From contig CAWCAG010000007.1 in assembly GCA_963793425.1 (NCBI GenBank), forward strand, positions 192,001-256,000: 64,000 bases of DNA. The letters are read 5' to 3'. Numbering within the stretch: the stretch's first letter is position 1; each line of letters begins with the position of its first letter. The DNA is from an uncultured cyanobacterium. GTDB taxonomy: Bacteria > Cyanobacteriota > Cyanobacteriia > Cyanobacteriales > CAWCAG01. The translations under genes were made by a program, and so were the position numbers. Of this stretch, positions 51,093 through 62,400 are shown piece by piece. The notes under the pieces are model-generated. The model saw nothing but the letters and a program-made list of their open reading frames with translations, did not search any database and was not told the origin of the DNA.

Positions 51093-52412
51093 ATGAAGGC
51101 GATCCCAACTGAATTGGCAACTTTGCTCCCAGCTAACCCAAACTTAGATATAGTTGCTTGGGAGGATCTTGAAGTATCATTTCAAGAAAAAATTGCCTCG
51201 GCGATCGCCACTTCTCATTTGCCAAGTTGTGCTGTTTTTCCCCATAGCCAAGAAGCTTTAGGAGAAGTTGTTAAAATTGTCCATAAAAAAAGCTGGCAGG
51301 TTTTAGTTATTGGTAGCGGCAGCAAAGTTAGTTGGGGGGGATTGGTTAAGAAAGCAGATTTAGTGATAAGTACCCAAAAACTATCTCGCCTCATTGATCA
51401 TGCAGTGGGAGATTTGACTGTTACCTTAGAAGCAGGAATGCCATTGGCACAGGTGCAAGAGATCCTCCATAAAGAAAGGCAATTTCTGCCTATTGATCCT
51501 GCTTACCCCCAAAGTGCAACCATCGGCGGCATCATCGCTACAGCAGATACCGGAAGTTGGCGACAGCGTTACGGCGGCATTAGGGATATGGTTTTAGGAA
51601 TTTCTTTTGTTCGGGCAGATGGGGAAATCGCCAAAGCTGGGGGGAGAGTGGTTAAGAATGTGGCAGGATACGATTTAATGAAACTGTTAACTGGCTCTTT
51701 TGGTACTTTAGGGGTTATTTCTCAAGTTACCCTACGCACCTATCCTTTACTCCAAGATTCTCAGACAATGTTTTTAAGCGGGGAAGAAAAGGCTATTGCT
51801 ATGACAGTGCAAACTCTCCTCAACTCAGCCTTGACACCTACAGCGGCTGATTTGCTTTCTCCTGGAGTTGTCAAAACTTTGGTTTCCCAGAAAGGTTTTG
51901 GCTTAATAGTCCGTTTCCAAAGTCTTACAGCTAGCATTGAAGCACAATCTCAAAGAATAGAGGAACTTGGCAATGAGTTGGGTTTACAAGCTACTACCTA
52001 CCAAGGAGATGCAGAAAGGGAACTTTGGCAGCGATCGCATTCCCTAGTTAACAATCCCCTTTCTCCAAACTCAGTTATTAGTAAAATCGGTGTTCTTCCT
52101 TCCTCTGCCACAGCAACTCTAGCCTATTTAGATGAAGTTACTTCCGGGGAAGGATTCGGTTTAATTCATAATAGTAGCGGCATTGGCAAACTGCAACTCA
52201 ATTCAGAAAAAAGCTTTAACCAAATACAAAAGTTGCGATCGCACTGTGAACAAAATCAGGGTTTTCTTACTATTTTAGAGTCTCCTCAACAATTGAAACA
52301 AAAACTTGAACCGTGGGGTTATACAGGTAATGCTATGACAATGATGCAACGGGTTAAAAATAAGTTTGATCCCCAAAATATTTTAAGTCCCGGTCGTTTT
52401 TTGGAGTTATGA
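51093..52412 (+). CDS. glcE: FAD-binding oxidoreductase, glycolate oxidase subunit GlcE-like
   Basis: ATIGGIIA, GGRVVKNVAGYDLMKLLTGSFGTLG, FDPQNILSPGRF. Confidence 0.85.
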   Translation: MKAIPTELATLLPANPNLDIVAWEDLEVSFQEKIASAIATSHLPSCAVFPHSQEALGEVVKIVHKKSWQVLVIGSGSKVSWGGLVKKADLVISTQKLSRLIDHAVGDLTVTLEAGMPLAQVQEILHKERQFLPIDPAYPQSATIGGIIATADTGSWRQRYGGIRDMVLGISFVRADGEIAKAGGRVVKNVAGYDLMKLLTGSFGTLGVISQVTLRTYPLLQDSQTMFLSGEEKAIAMTVQTLLNSALTPTAADLLSPGVVKTLVSQKGFGLIVRFQSLTASIEAQSQRIEELGNELGLQATTYQGDAERELWQRSHSLVNNPLSPNSVISKIGVLPSSATATLAYLDEVTSGEGFGLIHNSSGIGKLQLNSEKSFNQIQKLRSHCEQNQGFLTILESPQQLKQKLEPWGYTGNAMTMMQRVKNKFDPQNILSPGRFLEL

Positions 52413-52469
52413 ATAAACAAAGAGATAAACTAATACAATAAATGTTTAATGTCTAATGTTTAATGAGTA

Positions 52470-53162
52470 ATGACAAAACTGATTGCAGACTCAATAGTTG
52501 TTTCTATACCCCCTTTGGAAAATGGCGATCGCCTCTCGATTACAGAATTTGAAAGGCGTTACCAAGCTATGCCTAATCTTAAGAAAGCTGAATTAATTGA
52601 AGGAATTGTTTACATGGCTTCTCCGGTACGTTCTCGTAGTCACGGGAAACCCCACGCTGCTGTTATGGCTTGGTTATCTAATTACTGGTTGGCAACACCG
52701 GGAACTGATTTGAATGATAATACTACAGTAATTTTGGATTTAAAAAATGAACCTCAGCCTGATGTTTTACTGCGTCTTGAAGAAGAGGTAGGTGGACAGT
52801 CTCGTATTAATAAAAATGATTATGTTGAAGGTGCGCCGGAACTGGTTGTGGAAATAGCGGCAAGTAGTTCAGCTTATGATTTACATGATAAGAAAGAAGT
52901 TTATTTACGTAGTGGTGTCAAAGAGTCTCTCGTTTGGCAAGTTAATGATCAAAAACTAGACTGGTTTAAGCTTCATGAAGGAGAATACATTGCTCTTTCG
53001 CCAGATGAAAAGGGCATCATTAAAAGCCAAGTTTTTCCCGGTTTATGGTTAACAGTCTCTTCTCTACTCCAAGGTGATTTAACTAAAGTTTTGGCAATTG
53101 CCAAAGAAGGTATAAATAGTGTCGAACATCAAGGATTTTTGCAAGGTTTGGCTAATAGCTAG
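52470..53162 (+). CDS. Uma2 family putative endonuclease
   Basis: PPLENGDRL, KAELIEG, EPQPD, PELVVEIAASS. Confidence 0.9.
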   Translation: MTKLIADSIVVSIPPLENGDRLSITEFERRYQAMPNLKKAELIEGIVYMASPVRSRSHGKPHAAVMAWLSNYWLATPGTDLNDNTTVILDLKNEPQPDVLLRLEEEVGGQSRINKNDYVEGAPELVVEIAASSSAYDLHDKKEVYLRSGVKESLVWQVNDQKLDWFKLHEGEYIALSPDEKGIIKSQVFPGLWLTVSSLLQGDLTKVLAIAKEGINSVEHQGFLQGLANS

Positions 53163-53198
53163 TTGCTAGTTGTTTCTTTCCTAGCTCCCTGCCAACAA

Positions 53199-54164
53199 TT
53201 ACAAAGACTGTTTCTTAACCCTCTTAACCGTAGCCAAAAACTGTCCTAAGAAAGGCAAACCACCAATAGCAGGTAAGAAATAACGCGAAGTACAAAGTAA
53301 GCCCAATGCAGCACCTTTTGCTTCGCTCATGTAAGGTTGGTAAAATAAAATAATTGCTGCATCACGAGTTCCGACACCAGCGAAAGTTAGGGGTAATAAT
53401 CCTGCTAAAATTGATAAAGGTGAGAGGGCAAGATTAACTAGGAAAGGAACTTCGGCCCGGATTGCTAAAGTGAAGAAATAAATTTGTAATAGGTGCAGGA
53501 ACCAAATAAAAACTGAAGTAACGGTTATCTTCGTTAATTGCACTTTATCGCGCCAAAAATAGTCGTGCATTTCTACCCAAGATGATTGCATCTTCTCTAA
53601 TTTCGGTTTAATCTTTTTGGGAGCTATTTTAAGGGCTAAAACAAAGAAAATCTGAGCAAACTTCTGGGAAGCTAAAAGCATAACCCCTATGACCAAACCA
53701 AAAGCAACCCCAACGGTCATTAACCAAAATAAAGTATCTTTGTTAGCATAAAATAGTAAGCCAAATACACACCATAATAACAGAGAGAGCATATCACAAG
53801 CTTTCTCAAAAATCACCAAAGACAAAGCTAAACTCCCCTCTAAGTGACCTCTATCTTTCATGAAATAAGCTTTAGCAATATCCCCCATTTTAGAAGGGAG
53901 AACCATATTAAGGACGCTAGCAGCTAAAATTAAGCGGTTAGCTTCTAGAAACCCTAATCCTTTTCCCGCAGGCATTAATTGTTGCAAACGCCAAGAGGTA
54001 AATAAGGTTAAAGGAATAACCATCCCTAAACTAATAATCATCCAAACCGGATCACAGTTTTGGAAAACTGCAATTAAGCGCGGCAAGTCTATTTTTGAAT
54101 AAATAATACACAAAATAGCGACGCTAACAACTATAGAAATAAATCTCTTCTTATTCATAATCAC
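53199..54164 (-). CDS. Lysylphosphatidylglycerol synthase TM-domain / UPF0104 flippase-like membrane protein
   Basis: NMVLPSKMGD, EKACD and LPLTFAGVGTRD motifs; multi-TM. Confidence 0.82.
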   Translation of the reverse strand: MIMNKKRFISIVVSVAILCIIYSKIDLPRLIAVFQNCDPVWMIISLGMVIPLTLFTSWRLQQLMPAGKGLGFLEANRLILAASVLNMVLPSKMGDIAKAYFMKDRGHLEGSLALSLVIFEKACDMLSLLLWCVFGLLFYANKDTLFWLMTVGVAFGLVIGVMLLASQKFAQIFFVLALKIAPKKIKPKLEKMQSSWVEMHDYFWRDKVQLTKITVTSVFIWFLHLLQIYFFTLAIRAEVPFLVNLALSPLSILAGLLPLTFAGVGTRDAAIILFYQPYMSEAKGAALGLLCTSRYFLPAIGGLPFLGQFLATVKRVKKQSL

Positions 54165-54189
54165 CCATTACCTATTACCTATTACCTAA

Positions 54190-55779
54190 TCAAATATCTC
54201 GCTCAACTTTTAACTTTTGCCCAACAGAAAGCTGTTTCACTTCCTTAGTAAAGTCTTGCCAAGGTTGGAGTTGCCCAGCCTGGTAGGTACGACTCATAAC
54301 CACATAAATAGAAGTTTGATCACCACCAATCGCTATACTTTCTACCTTGTCCCAAGATTCTCCACTAAGCTCATCTATAACCTGCCAATAACTATTTTGC
54401 CAGCGTAGTTTCCGAGAAAAATGGTAAGGGGCGCTTTTTTTGCCGGTAATCAGAACTTTTTGTAAGAGTTTACGGATTAAATTAGGAAAGAAACGCCCAA
54501 CAGTTAACATAACTACTCGCAAAATCATTAAATTAAGGGGAGTCATTTGCTTTTGTTTCGCCCAACCTAAATCCCCTTGAATAAAGATATCATCGGGTTC
54601 AATTTTAGTATCATAAGAACCTACCAAATGAGCAACAGCATTTTTTAACTTGCCACCTTGATTAACTAATAAAGAAAATTGAGTATCTGAAGCAACTAAT
54701 TTACCATTACGAAAAAACTTAAATACTCCTCCTTTATTCAAAGCTAAATAAAGTTCTGTACCTCGACGGCGATCAATCAAAATTTTAGCATTAGGATACC
54801 AAACTCTACCTTCTTTTCTAGGTTTTAGGGCTGGACGTTCAGGAACAAAATCTTGCCAAGCCAGGAGATAATTCCAAGTATGATGACCAATAATATGATC
54901 ATCTGCATAACAAGAAGCTAAACCTTTAGCTAAACCTTGCAAAAATTGATCATTAATAGTTAAAGCTGACCGATACCATTTCCCCACCAATTCAAAACCA
55001 TGGGGAAAGAAATTGTAGGTATTACGACTAGTATATTCTCCTCCATAGGAACCATCAGGATGAATAAATTGAGCTGCTAAATCCACTGCTTTAATTAAAG
55101 CTTCTTTCAAGCGAGGATCGGGACGTAGCTGGTAAATTCTAGCTAAACAAGAAATAGTTAAAGTATGATAACCAGGATCACACCCTTCATATTCTTGGAA
55201 CCAACCTTCAGAATTTTGCCAAGATAAAACTTTCTCTAAACGTTCTACCTTTGCCCTATCCCACTTGGCAGTATTTAAAAGAGGAGAAAGCAACTCTAAA
55301 CATAATACAATTAAAGCTTGGTGATTAGTTAATCTACCACTTTCATTATGGTGTGCCAACCAATCAGCCCGAAGTTCAAAAAACGCTAAAGCTTGTTCAT
55401 TTTTTAACCCTAATAATTGATAACTTTCCAGACAAGCTAACAAAGAAAAAGCGGCCGCACCCCCCGCTCTTTCAAAAGGAAAATAATCATCACAAGAGCC
55501 ATCAGGATGACTACTTTTAGCTGCATAAAGAATGCCAGCTTCTACCCAAGCGGCGATCGCAGCTTCATTAAAAAAAGGATTATCATCTAAATGGGTATGA
55601 TAAGCCAAAGCGAGGGGCCAAACAAACTCTTGGGACATCCCACTAGGAAAGTCAATGATTTTATATTGCCAGAAATTGCGATCAAAGCAACCATAGGTAG
55701 GGCTGTGGCAATTGCGATCCATCAAAGTAAGGATTTTGGGAATTTGGACGATCGCTTCGCGGGCAAATAAGTCTTTCAT
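54190..55779 (-). CDS. Conserved hypothetical protein (possible alpha/alpha-barrel fold)
   Basis: 529-aa intact ORF with repeated HPDGS / QNSEGWF motifs; function not assignable. Confidence 0.7.
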   Translation of the reverse strand: MKDLFAREAIVQIPKILTLMDRNCHSPTYGCFDRNFWQYKIIDFPSGMSQEFVWPLALAYHTHLDDNPFFNEAAIAAWVEAGILYAAKSSHPDGSCDDYFPFERAGGAAAFSLLACLESYQLLGLKNEQALAFFELRADWLAHHNESGRLTNHQALIVLCLELLSPLLNTAKWDRAKVERLEKVLSWQNSEGWFQEYEGCDPGYHTLTISCLARIYQLRPDPRLKEALIKAVDLAAQFIHPDGSYGGEYTSRNTYNFFPHGFELVGKWYRSALTINDQFLQGLAKGLASCYADDHIIGHHTWNYLLAWQDFVPERPALKPRKEGRVWYPNAKILIDRRRGTELYLALNKGGVFKFFRNGKLVASDTQFSLLVNQGGKLKNAVAHLVGSYDTKIEPDDIFIQGDLGWAKQKQMTPLNLMILRVVMLTVGRFFPNLIRKLLQKVLITGKKSAPYHFSRKLRWQNSYWQVIDELSGESWDKVESIAIGGDQTSIYVVMSRTYQAGQLQPWQDFTKEVKQLSVGQKLKVERDI

Positions 55780-55865
55780 AAATCAAAAAGAAGGTTTATC
55801 AGTTTGAACAGTTATAGTTTAGTTTTTTAAGAATGGGCAAGTCTAATCCTCTGCTTAAGAAAAGT

Positions 55866-55912
55866 AGTCTCCCAGTCTCCCAGTCTCCCAGTCTCCCAGT
55901 CTCCCAGTTTCC
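55866..55912. repeat. Octamer tandem repeat (AGTCTCCC)x5 plus a partial copy
   Basis: Seen directly in the intergenic sequence. Confidence 0.9.
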
Positions 55913-55948
55913 ACGTTTATAATTCCCCAATATTGCCCAACAATAATT

Positions 55949-58900
55949 TTAAGGAATATGTAAACTTAGAAATGCCTGTATTTTCTTACTGTCAAATTTA
56001 TCAGCCCATGCCTGTATTTTCTGGCAAAAAGGAGTGAATTGTTCATGGCTAGCGACAATTAAATCAAGTTCTTCTTTCATATCAAATAAAAGTCCGCTTC
56101 TAACCAGATTATCCAGTTTTTCTAAAACTTCTCGTTCAGGAATTGCCATTTCTGTAGTAACATCTCCAGATGCTACTGCTGTCTCTGTTGCTTCTTGTTG
56201 ATAAACCCATTCTAATTGTAAGTAACTTGCTATTTTGGTTAGTAAATCATCAATTACCAAAGGTTTAGGCAAAAAATCTGTTGCACCTTGTTCCTCACTT
56301 TCGCTGCGATCGCTCATCATCGCACTAGCGGATAAAGCAATAATCGGTAGCTGTTGAAATTGCTGGTTGTTTCTTAACTGGTGAATCATTTCCCAACCAT
56401 CCATCACTGGCATTTTGATGTCGCTGATCAATAAATCCGGAGTTTCTTGCAGGGCTGTTTCCAATCCCTGTTGCCCATTTTCAGCAGTGAGTACTTCAAA
56501 GTTGAGTGATTTCAAGACATTGCTGATAATGTCGAGGGCTTCCTGGTAATCATCAACAATGAGAATTTTGCGACTTCTACCCTTATATCCGGTAATTGCT
56601 CTCTGGGTGGTTTTGATTACTTGTCTATTCTCTAACCAACAAGCAGGCAGAGATACCTCAAACCAAAATGTACTTCCTTCCCCTAATTTACTATTTACCT
56701 TAATCTCCGTATTCATTATGCTCACTAACTTTTGAGAAATCGCTAGCCCTAACCCTGTACCTTCTTGGTTTTGGCTATTTTCTCCTACTTGTTCAAAGGC
56801 GAGGAAGATTTTGTCTAGTTGTTCTGCACTCATTCCTACTCCTGTGTCTTGCACCTGGAACCTTAGAGTGGTAGAAGAGAGTTGTGTAGGATCTTCTCCT
56901 TCTTGGGCTAAAACTGCCACAGAAAATGCTACCTCTCCCCTGGAAGTGAATTTAATAGCATTACCAAGGAGATTGATCAGTATTTGACGCAGCCGCTTTT
57001 CGTCACTATAGATAATACTAGGAATTGGTTGAAGTTCTTGGTAGATAAAATCAATACCTTTTTCTTGTGCTTTGATGCGGCACATTTCCACAACGGTATT
57101 TAAGAAAATGGAGAAATTAACTTCTCTGGGCTGCAACTCCATTTTCTCGGCTTCAATTTTACTCAAGTCGAGGATATCGTTAATTAAGTCAAGGAGATGG
57201 TTGCCGCATCGATGGATTGTTTGAATCCCCTTGAGTTGTTTACCTTGCAGGCTTTTTTCTTTTTGGAAGATTTGAGTATAACCAAGGATACCATTGAGGG
57301 GAGTACGTAGTTCATGGCTCATGCTAGCAAGAAAAGCGCTCTTAGCTCGGTTGGCTGCATCTGCTTGTTCCTTGGCTACTTGCAGCTCCGACACTTTGGT
57401 TTCTAAAGCTTGGTTGAGTCGCTCTAGTGATGTTTGTGAGCGCTGGCGTTCCAACTCAGCAGCAGCACGAGCAGCAAAGACACGGAGGACTTGCTCTGCC
57501 TTTTGGGGATCTTGAATAGCTTGCTTGTCAAAGATACACAAATTGCCAATTGATTTACCATTGGTATCTTGTAGGGCAATACCCAAATAGCTCTCTGCTT
57601 CCAGAGTCACCAAGTCTAAATCTTCAGGAAATTGTTCCTGTACGGAGCTGTTGCAATAAAAGATTTTATCTCGCAATGCCAGTTCACAGGGGGCTTTGGC
57701 AAAAGGGTAATAAAAAGAAGGTTGCAAAGAGCCATTTCCCCAAAATGCCAAAACGTGAAGATTCTCACCAGTCAATTCAGTTACCATAGCGTAGTCAACA
57801 TTTAAAGCTTTGGCAATATGCTTAACTAAGGCAGGGAAAAAGTCTTGCCCCGTAGTAGCTGCAGTTCCTTCAATTAAGTTTTGCAAACCTATTTCTGCTC
57901 GTTTGCGATCGCTAATATCGAGGGCTGTACCAAATAACCGCGTCACCTGTCCTTGTTCATTGCGCTCAACTTCTCCACGACATTCGTGGTAGCGGATTGA
58001 ACCATCAGGCTGCTTAATTCTGTAGTCAGTGGTGTAGGGAATTCCATTTTCAATACCACCTTCTATACATTGTTGTAGAAGTCTTTGTTCCTCTTGGGTG
58101 TGGCACATCTGGATATAGTCTTGGTAAGAAAGTTCTAATCGGTTTGAACTTAGACCATACATACGGAACAGTTCTTGAGAGCAGGTGATTGTTTTGCTCT
58201 GAACATCAATTTCCCAACTACCAATGTGTGCAACCTCCTGAGCCTCTAGCAAAGCGCCTTGACTTCTGCGGAGTTGCTCTTCGGCTTGTTGCCGTTCAAT
58301 AGCAATGCCAGCTAAGTAGCTCATCTGCCTAATAACTTCTATTTCTTGTGCTTCTGGGGATCGCACTTCTCGGTGATAGATGGCAAATGTACCTAAAACC
58401 CGACCATCGCTGGCAGTAATGGGGCCAGACCAACAGGCTTGTAAGCCATAACCCAAGGCTAAGTCTTTAAAGTCTTGCCAGAGGGGATCAGTAGCAATAT
58501 CAGCAACAATAACCATTTGATTGCGAAAAGCTGCTGTACCACAAGAGCCTATCCCTTCACCGATCAATATACCATCAATTGCCTGGTTATAAGCTAAGGG
58601 TAGACTGGGGGCAGCCCCAAGGCGTAGTTGATTTTCCTGCTTCAATAGCAATACGGAGCAGATGCAACCATCTAGTCTTGTTTCTACTTTCTCAATTAGT
58701 GTATTGAGAATTTCTGATAATGGCTCGTCCTTAGCAATTTTTGCCAGCAGTTCATTTTGGGCCTCTAGCTGAAGTTGGCTCAGTTTGCGCTTGCTAATGT
58801 CTGTATGAGTACCCAGCATCCTAGTTGGTTTTCCCTTTGCATCCCACTCAATAAATTTTCCCACCGCGAGAAGCCATTTCCACTCTCCTTGCTGAGTACG

Positions 58901-59491
58901 CTGGCGAAATTCAACTTTGTACTGTGAAGTTTTTCCAGTTTCATAGTCTTGATAGGCTTTACTTGCCTGTTCTTGATCATCTGGATGCAAGCGGTTACGC
59001 CAACTAGCTATATTTTCTTGGAACATTGCCGGATCGTATCCTAGCATGAGAGCGTATTCTGGGCTAACGATAGCTTCGTCTGTACGCAGATCCACATCGA
59101 AAAACCCTTGATTAGTTGCACTCAAGGCTAAACGTAGGCGAGTTTCTCTTTCTTTGAGGGCAGCAGTGCGTTCTGTAACTTTAGCTTCAAGAGTTTGGGA
59201 GTAGTCTGCTAATTGTTGGTTGGCTTGTTCTAATTCCCTATTGAGTTGAGCCAATTGAGTTGAATGTTGTTCCCGTTCTATTTCAGCCTTTTTGCGATCG
59301 CTAATATCCGCAGCAATACCAACGGTTCCTCCGAATTCACCTTGGGGGTTTCTAAAAGGCGTTTTGATTGTTTCCAGCCATCCCACTTCACCATTAGGTT
59401 GGAGGAACTGTTCTTCAACTACTTTGCGTTTACCTGATGCCAGGACTTGGAAATCATCATCACGGAATTCCTTCGCCATTTCTGCGGGCAA
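55949..59491 (-). CDS. C-terminal part of a frameshifted multi-sensor hybrid histidine kinase (PAS/GAF, HisKA, HATPase, receiver)
   Basis: SHELRTPL, QILINLLGNAIKF, DTGVG, GTGLGL, DIKMPVMDG; the ORF begins in the middle of a PAS domain. Confidence 0.88.
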   Translation of the reverse strand: MPAEMAKEFRDDDFQVLASGKRKVVEEQFLQPNGEVGWLETIKTPFRNPQGEFGGTVGIAADISDRKKAEIEREQHSTQLAQLNRELEQANQQLADYSQTLEAKVTERTAALKERETRLRLALSATNQGFFDVDLRTDEAIVSPEYALMLGYDPAMFQENIASWRNRLHPDDQEQASKAYQDYETGKTSQYKVEFRQRTQQGEWKWLLAVGKFIEWDAKGKPTRMLGTHTDISKRKLSQLQLEAQNELLAKIAKDEPLSEILNTLIEKVETRLDGCICSVLLLKQENQLRLGAAPSLPLAYNQAIDGILIGEGIGSCGTAAFRNQMVIVADIATDPLWQDFKDLALGYGLQACWSGPITASDGRVLGTFAIYHREVRSPEAQEIEVIRQMSYLAGIAIERQQAEEQLRRSQGALLEAQEVAHIGSWEIDVQSKTITCSQELFRMYGLSSNRLELSYQDYIQMCHTQEEQRLLQQCIEGGIENGIPYTTDYRIKQPDGSIRYHECRGEVERNEQGQVTRLFGTALDISDRKRAEIGLQNLIEGTAATTGQDFFPALVKHIAKALNVDYAMVTELTGENLHVLAFWGNGSLQPSFYYPFAKAPCELALRDKIFYCNSSVQEQFPEDLDLVTLEAESYLGIALQDTNGKSIGNLCIFDKQAIQDPQKAEQVLRVFAARAAAELERQRSQTSLERLNQALETKVSELQVAKEQADAANRAKSAFLASMSHELRTPLNGILGYTQIFQKEKSLQGKQLKGIQTIHRCGNHLLDLINDILDLSKIEAEKMELQPREVNFSIFLNTVVEMCRIKAQEKGIDFIYQELQPIPSIIYSDEKRLRQILINLLGNAIKFTSRGEVAFSVAVLAQEGEDPTQLSSTTLRFQVQDTGVGMSAEQLDKIFLAFEQVGENSQNQEGTGLGLAISQKLVSIMNTEIKVNSKLGEGSTFWFEVSLPACWLENRQVIKTTQRAITGYKGRSRKILIVDDYQEALDIISNVLKSLNFEVLTAENGQQGLETALQETPDLLISDIKMPVMDGWEMIHQLRNNQQFQQLPIIALSASAMMSDRSESEEQGATDFLPKPLVIDDLLTKIASYLQLEWVYQQEATETAVASGDVTTEMAIPEREVLEKLDNLVRSGLLFDMKEELDLIVASHEQFTPFCQKIQAWADKFDSKKIQAFLSLHIP

Positions 59492-62400
59492 AAATCATAA
59501 TCTGTTTTACCGATAATCTCAGATGCTGGATAACCGCAAGCCTCGGCAAAGGGAGTATTAACAGCAATAAAACGGCTTTCTGTATCTTTCAACCAAGCCA
59601 TTTGGGGGATGTTGTTTAACAGTGCCTCTAGGTGAGTCTGGTTTTGTTTGAGTGCATCCTCGATTTGTTTGCGATCGCTAATGTTCCGTACTCGCGCAAA
59701 GTTATATTCTTGTCCTTCAAATTCTAGGTAATTAGCAGTAATTTCAACAGGATAAAGATGTCCATTCTTAGCTTGATGGCGAGTCTCAAAGGTAACACTA
59801 CCTTGTACTTTGATAGCTTGCCAATGTTCTACCCATTGTTCCCTAGAGAAACCAAGGCTAATGTCAAAGGCAGAAGATGTACTCAGTTCCTCTGATGAAT
59901 ACCCTAGCATTGTACAAGCTGCTTTGTTGACATAAAAGAAACTTGCATCTGGACAAATCCAGAAAATTCCATCTGCGGCATTGTCTACTGAAAACTGAGT
60001 GAAGGAGAGACGGCGATTAAGCTGACTCAACTGCTGAGTTTTTAATTTCTCAAGGTTGTAGAGTCGGGCATTTTCCAAAGAAATTGCGGCTTGGGTGCAA
60101 AGGAAATTGAGGATAAGGATGCGATCTTCTGTGAAGACACCACTAGTCTCTCGGTTTTTCAAGTAAAGAATTCCAATTAAATGTCCCTGATTAAGGATTG
60201 GCAGGCAAAGAACACTTTTGGGTTGTCGTTGATTGAGATACTCATCAAGAACAGGTAAATCAGTTTGGCAATTATCAATTACTACAACTTCTTGGGTATT
60301 TTTGACATACTGAATTAACTTCAAAGGGAGGTTGATATTGCCTTCAAGGGGATCTGAACATAGTTCTGTGGTTTCTGGGGTAGCTATGGTTCGCACCTGC
60401 CAACTTCCCTCGCTATCAGGAAGTATCAAAGCACAGCGATCGCCCCCAGAGTGTTGCAAAATAATTTGAGTAAGTTGGTGCAGTAACTCATCTAGTTGAA
60501 TAGTTCCTGAAAGGCTTTGAGATGCTTTGAGGACAGTTGCGAAATCTAGGGCTGTATTAAGATTGGTGCGAGGGGATGAACTACTTGTCTGAGAATTATG
60601 AAGCGAGACTTGGGGAGAGACGAGGGTTAAAGTTTCTAGTGGATTGAGAGTTTGTGCGGCCTGTTTTAAAATAGGTTGCAGTAATTGAGGGTATTTACTT
60701 TCGAGGTGGTCAGTTTTAGCTTTTGCCCCCCAGCGCACGTAGCAGTAGTAAGCTTTGGTGAGATAAGCTTTGGCAATGGTTTCCTTATCCCAATCGAGAT
60801 AAAACTTCGCAGCGAGTTCGTTAGCAAGGGCTTCTTCTTGGAGATATTCATTAGCTTTTGCCCCAGCGATAGCTTTGTCATATAGTTCAATAGCTTCTAC
60901 TTTATGTCCTAAAACTCGATTTTTCTCGGCTTCAACTAAGTCAAATTTATGTTGGAAATTAACAGAGGCATAATCAGCCCATTGTTTGAGTTTGTCTAAA
61001 TTCTCTAACACTTGGGTAGGAATAGAGCCTTGCCGGGAAAATTCATCTCCTTTGAGAGCAAATTGAATCAGTGAATTATACCAATACAACAAAGGCACTA
61101 CCGGCTGACTAGTCACACCATTAAGAAAAGTAGCCGCTTTTTTGATATATTGATCTGCCTGGGGTAAATCTGCAAACAGGTAACACAACACCGATTTGTG
61201 TAAGGCAACTCCAAATAGTCCAAATCTATTATTGGTAGAGTGACAATTGGAGGTAAATATTTCTTCATCGCAAAACTCTCCAGCAATAATAATAGGATTG
61301 TCACTATCCCCTTGTAAGTTGGCAACAATTTGACGCAACAAATTATTATAGCTAAGGTGAACCTCTTGTTTAAGATGAAGAATGCCTTCACCATTGTGTT
61401 TGAGAGTAGCTTTTAGAGCGGATAAAATATCTCCTGACAAGTAAGCAGCTTGAGACTCGTAAAGACAAGCTAAAGCCGCAGGCTCAAAGTTCCCCGACTC
61501 TAGCCCGGTTTGATAGGCTGATCTTAATAATGATCTTCCCTGTCGTAGATGTTGTTGCCAGGGCAACACCAATGCACCTACCATGAGTAAAGTGCGAGTT
61601 TTTGTCTCACTATCTTCAAATTTTTCAATCAGTTTCAAAGCGAGTTGCCCAGATTTATAGCCCAATTCTATTTGTTGCAAAACTCCACACAAAGCAATAC
61701 CATAGCGGGCATAGGCACTAGCAGAGATGGCACAATTACCATAATTAATTGATAGCTGAACTTGGGTTAAGACAATGAACAGAAATAAAGGTGCTGAAGA
61801 TAAGTAAGCGGGTACAGAAATACTGTTTAAAACTCTAATGGCAGCAAGGGCTGTTGCATCCTCCATTGGGTCTAAATCTACCAGACTTTCAATACCAGCT
61901 TTAGGTAAAAGAGTTGAGATTTCCGTAATTTTTTGTTGAAGTTCGGCTCTACTAGCTTGAGTAGGAATTTCAATCTGCAAAGTCTCTAGGAAACTGATTC
62001 CTGTTTGAATTGCTGCATCTAGTTGTTTTTTAGCTACCCAGGTGAGAATAACAATTTCATAGACTTTAATAGTATCAAGAATTGACTGGGCTTTATTTAA
62101 TATTTCCTTTGACAAAAAATCTACTTGCTCAAACTGACCATTAAGATAGTAAGCTTCAAGAAGTTGGCTATGGAGCGTGAGGGAGAATGAGTAGTTATTT
62201 TGCCAATCTGGCTCTTTTAATAAGCTCTGAGCTATAACAAAGTATTCTAGTGCTGCTTGATAAGCCGCAGATTGTTTAGCTCGTTGCCCGGCTTGCAAAT
62301 TTAATTGGGCAATTTTTATTTGTTCTGATTTACTTTGAATCTGTGATAAACCGAAGTTGAGTTGATTAGTAACATCAAAAATTCGTGATTCTAAGAGATG

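Noticed and set aside
2535..53162. Three Uma2 genes as a defence system
   Set aside because: Uma2 paralogues are very numerous and scattered in cyanobacteria; these three are unlinked and have no partner genes.
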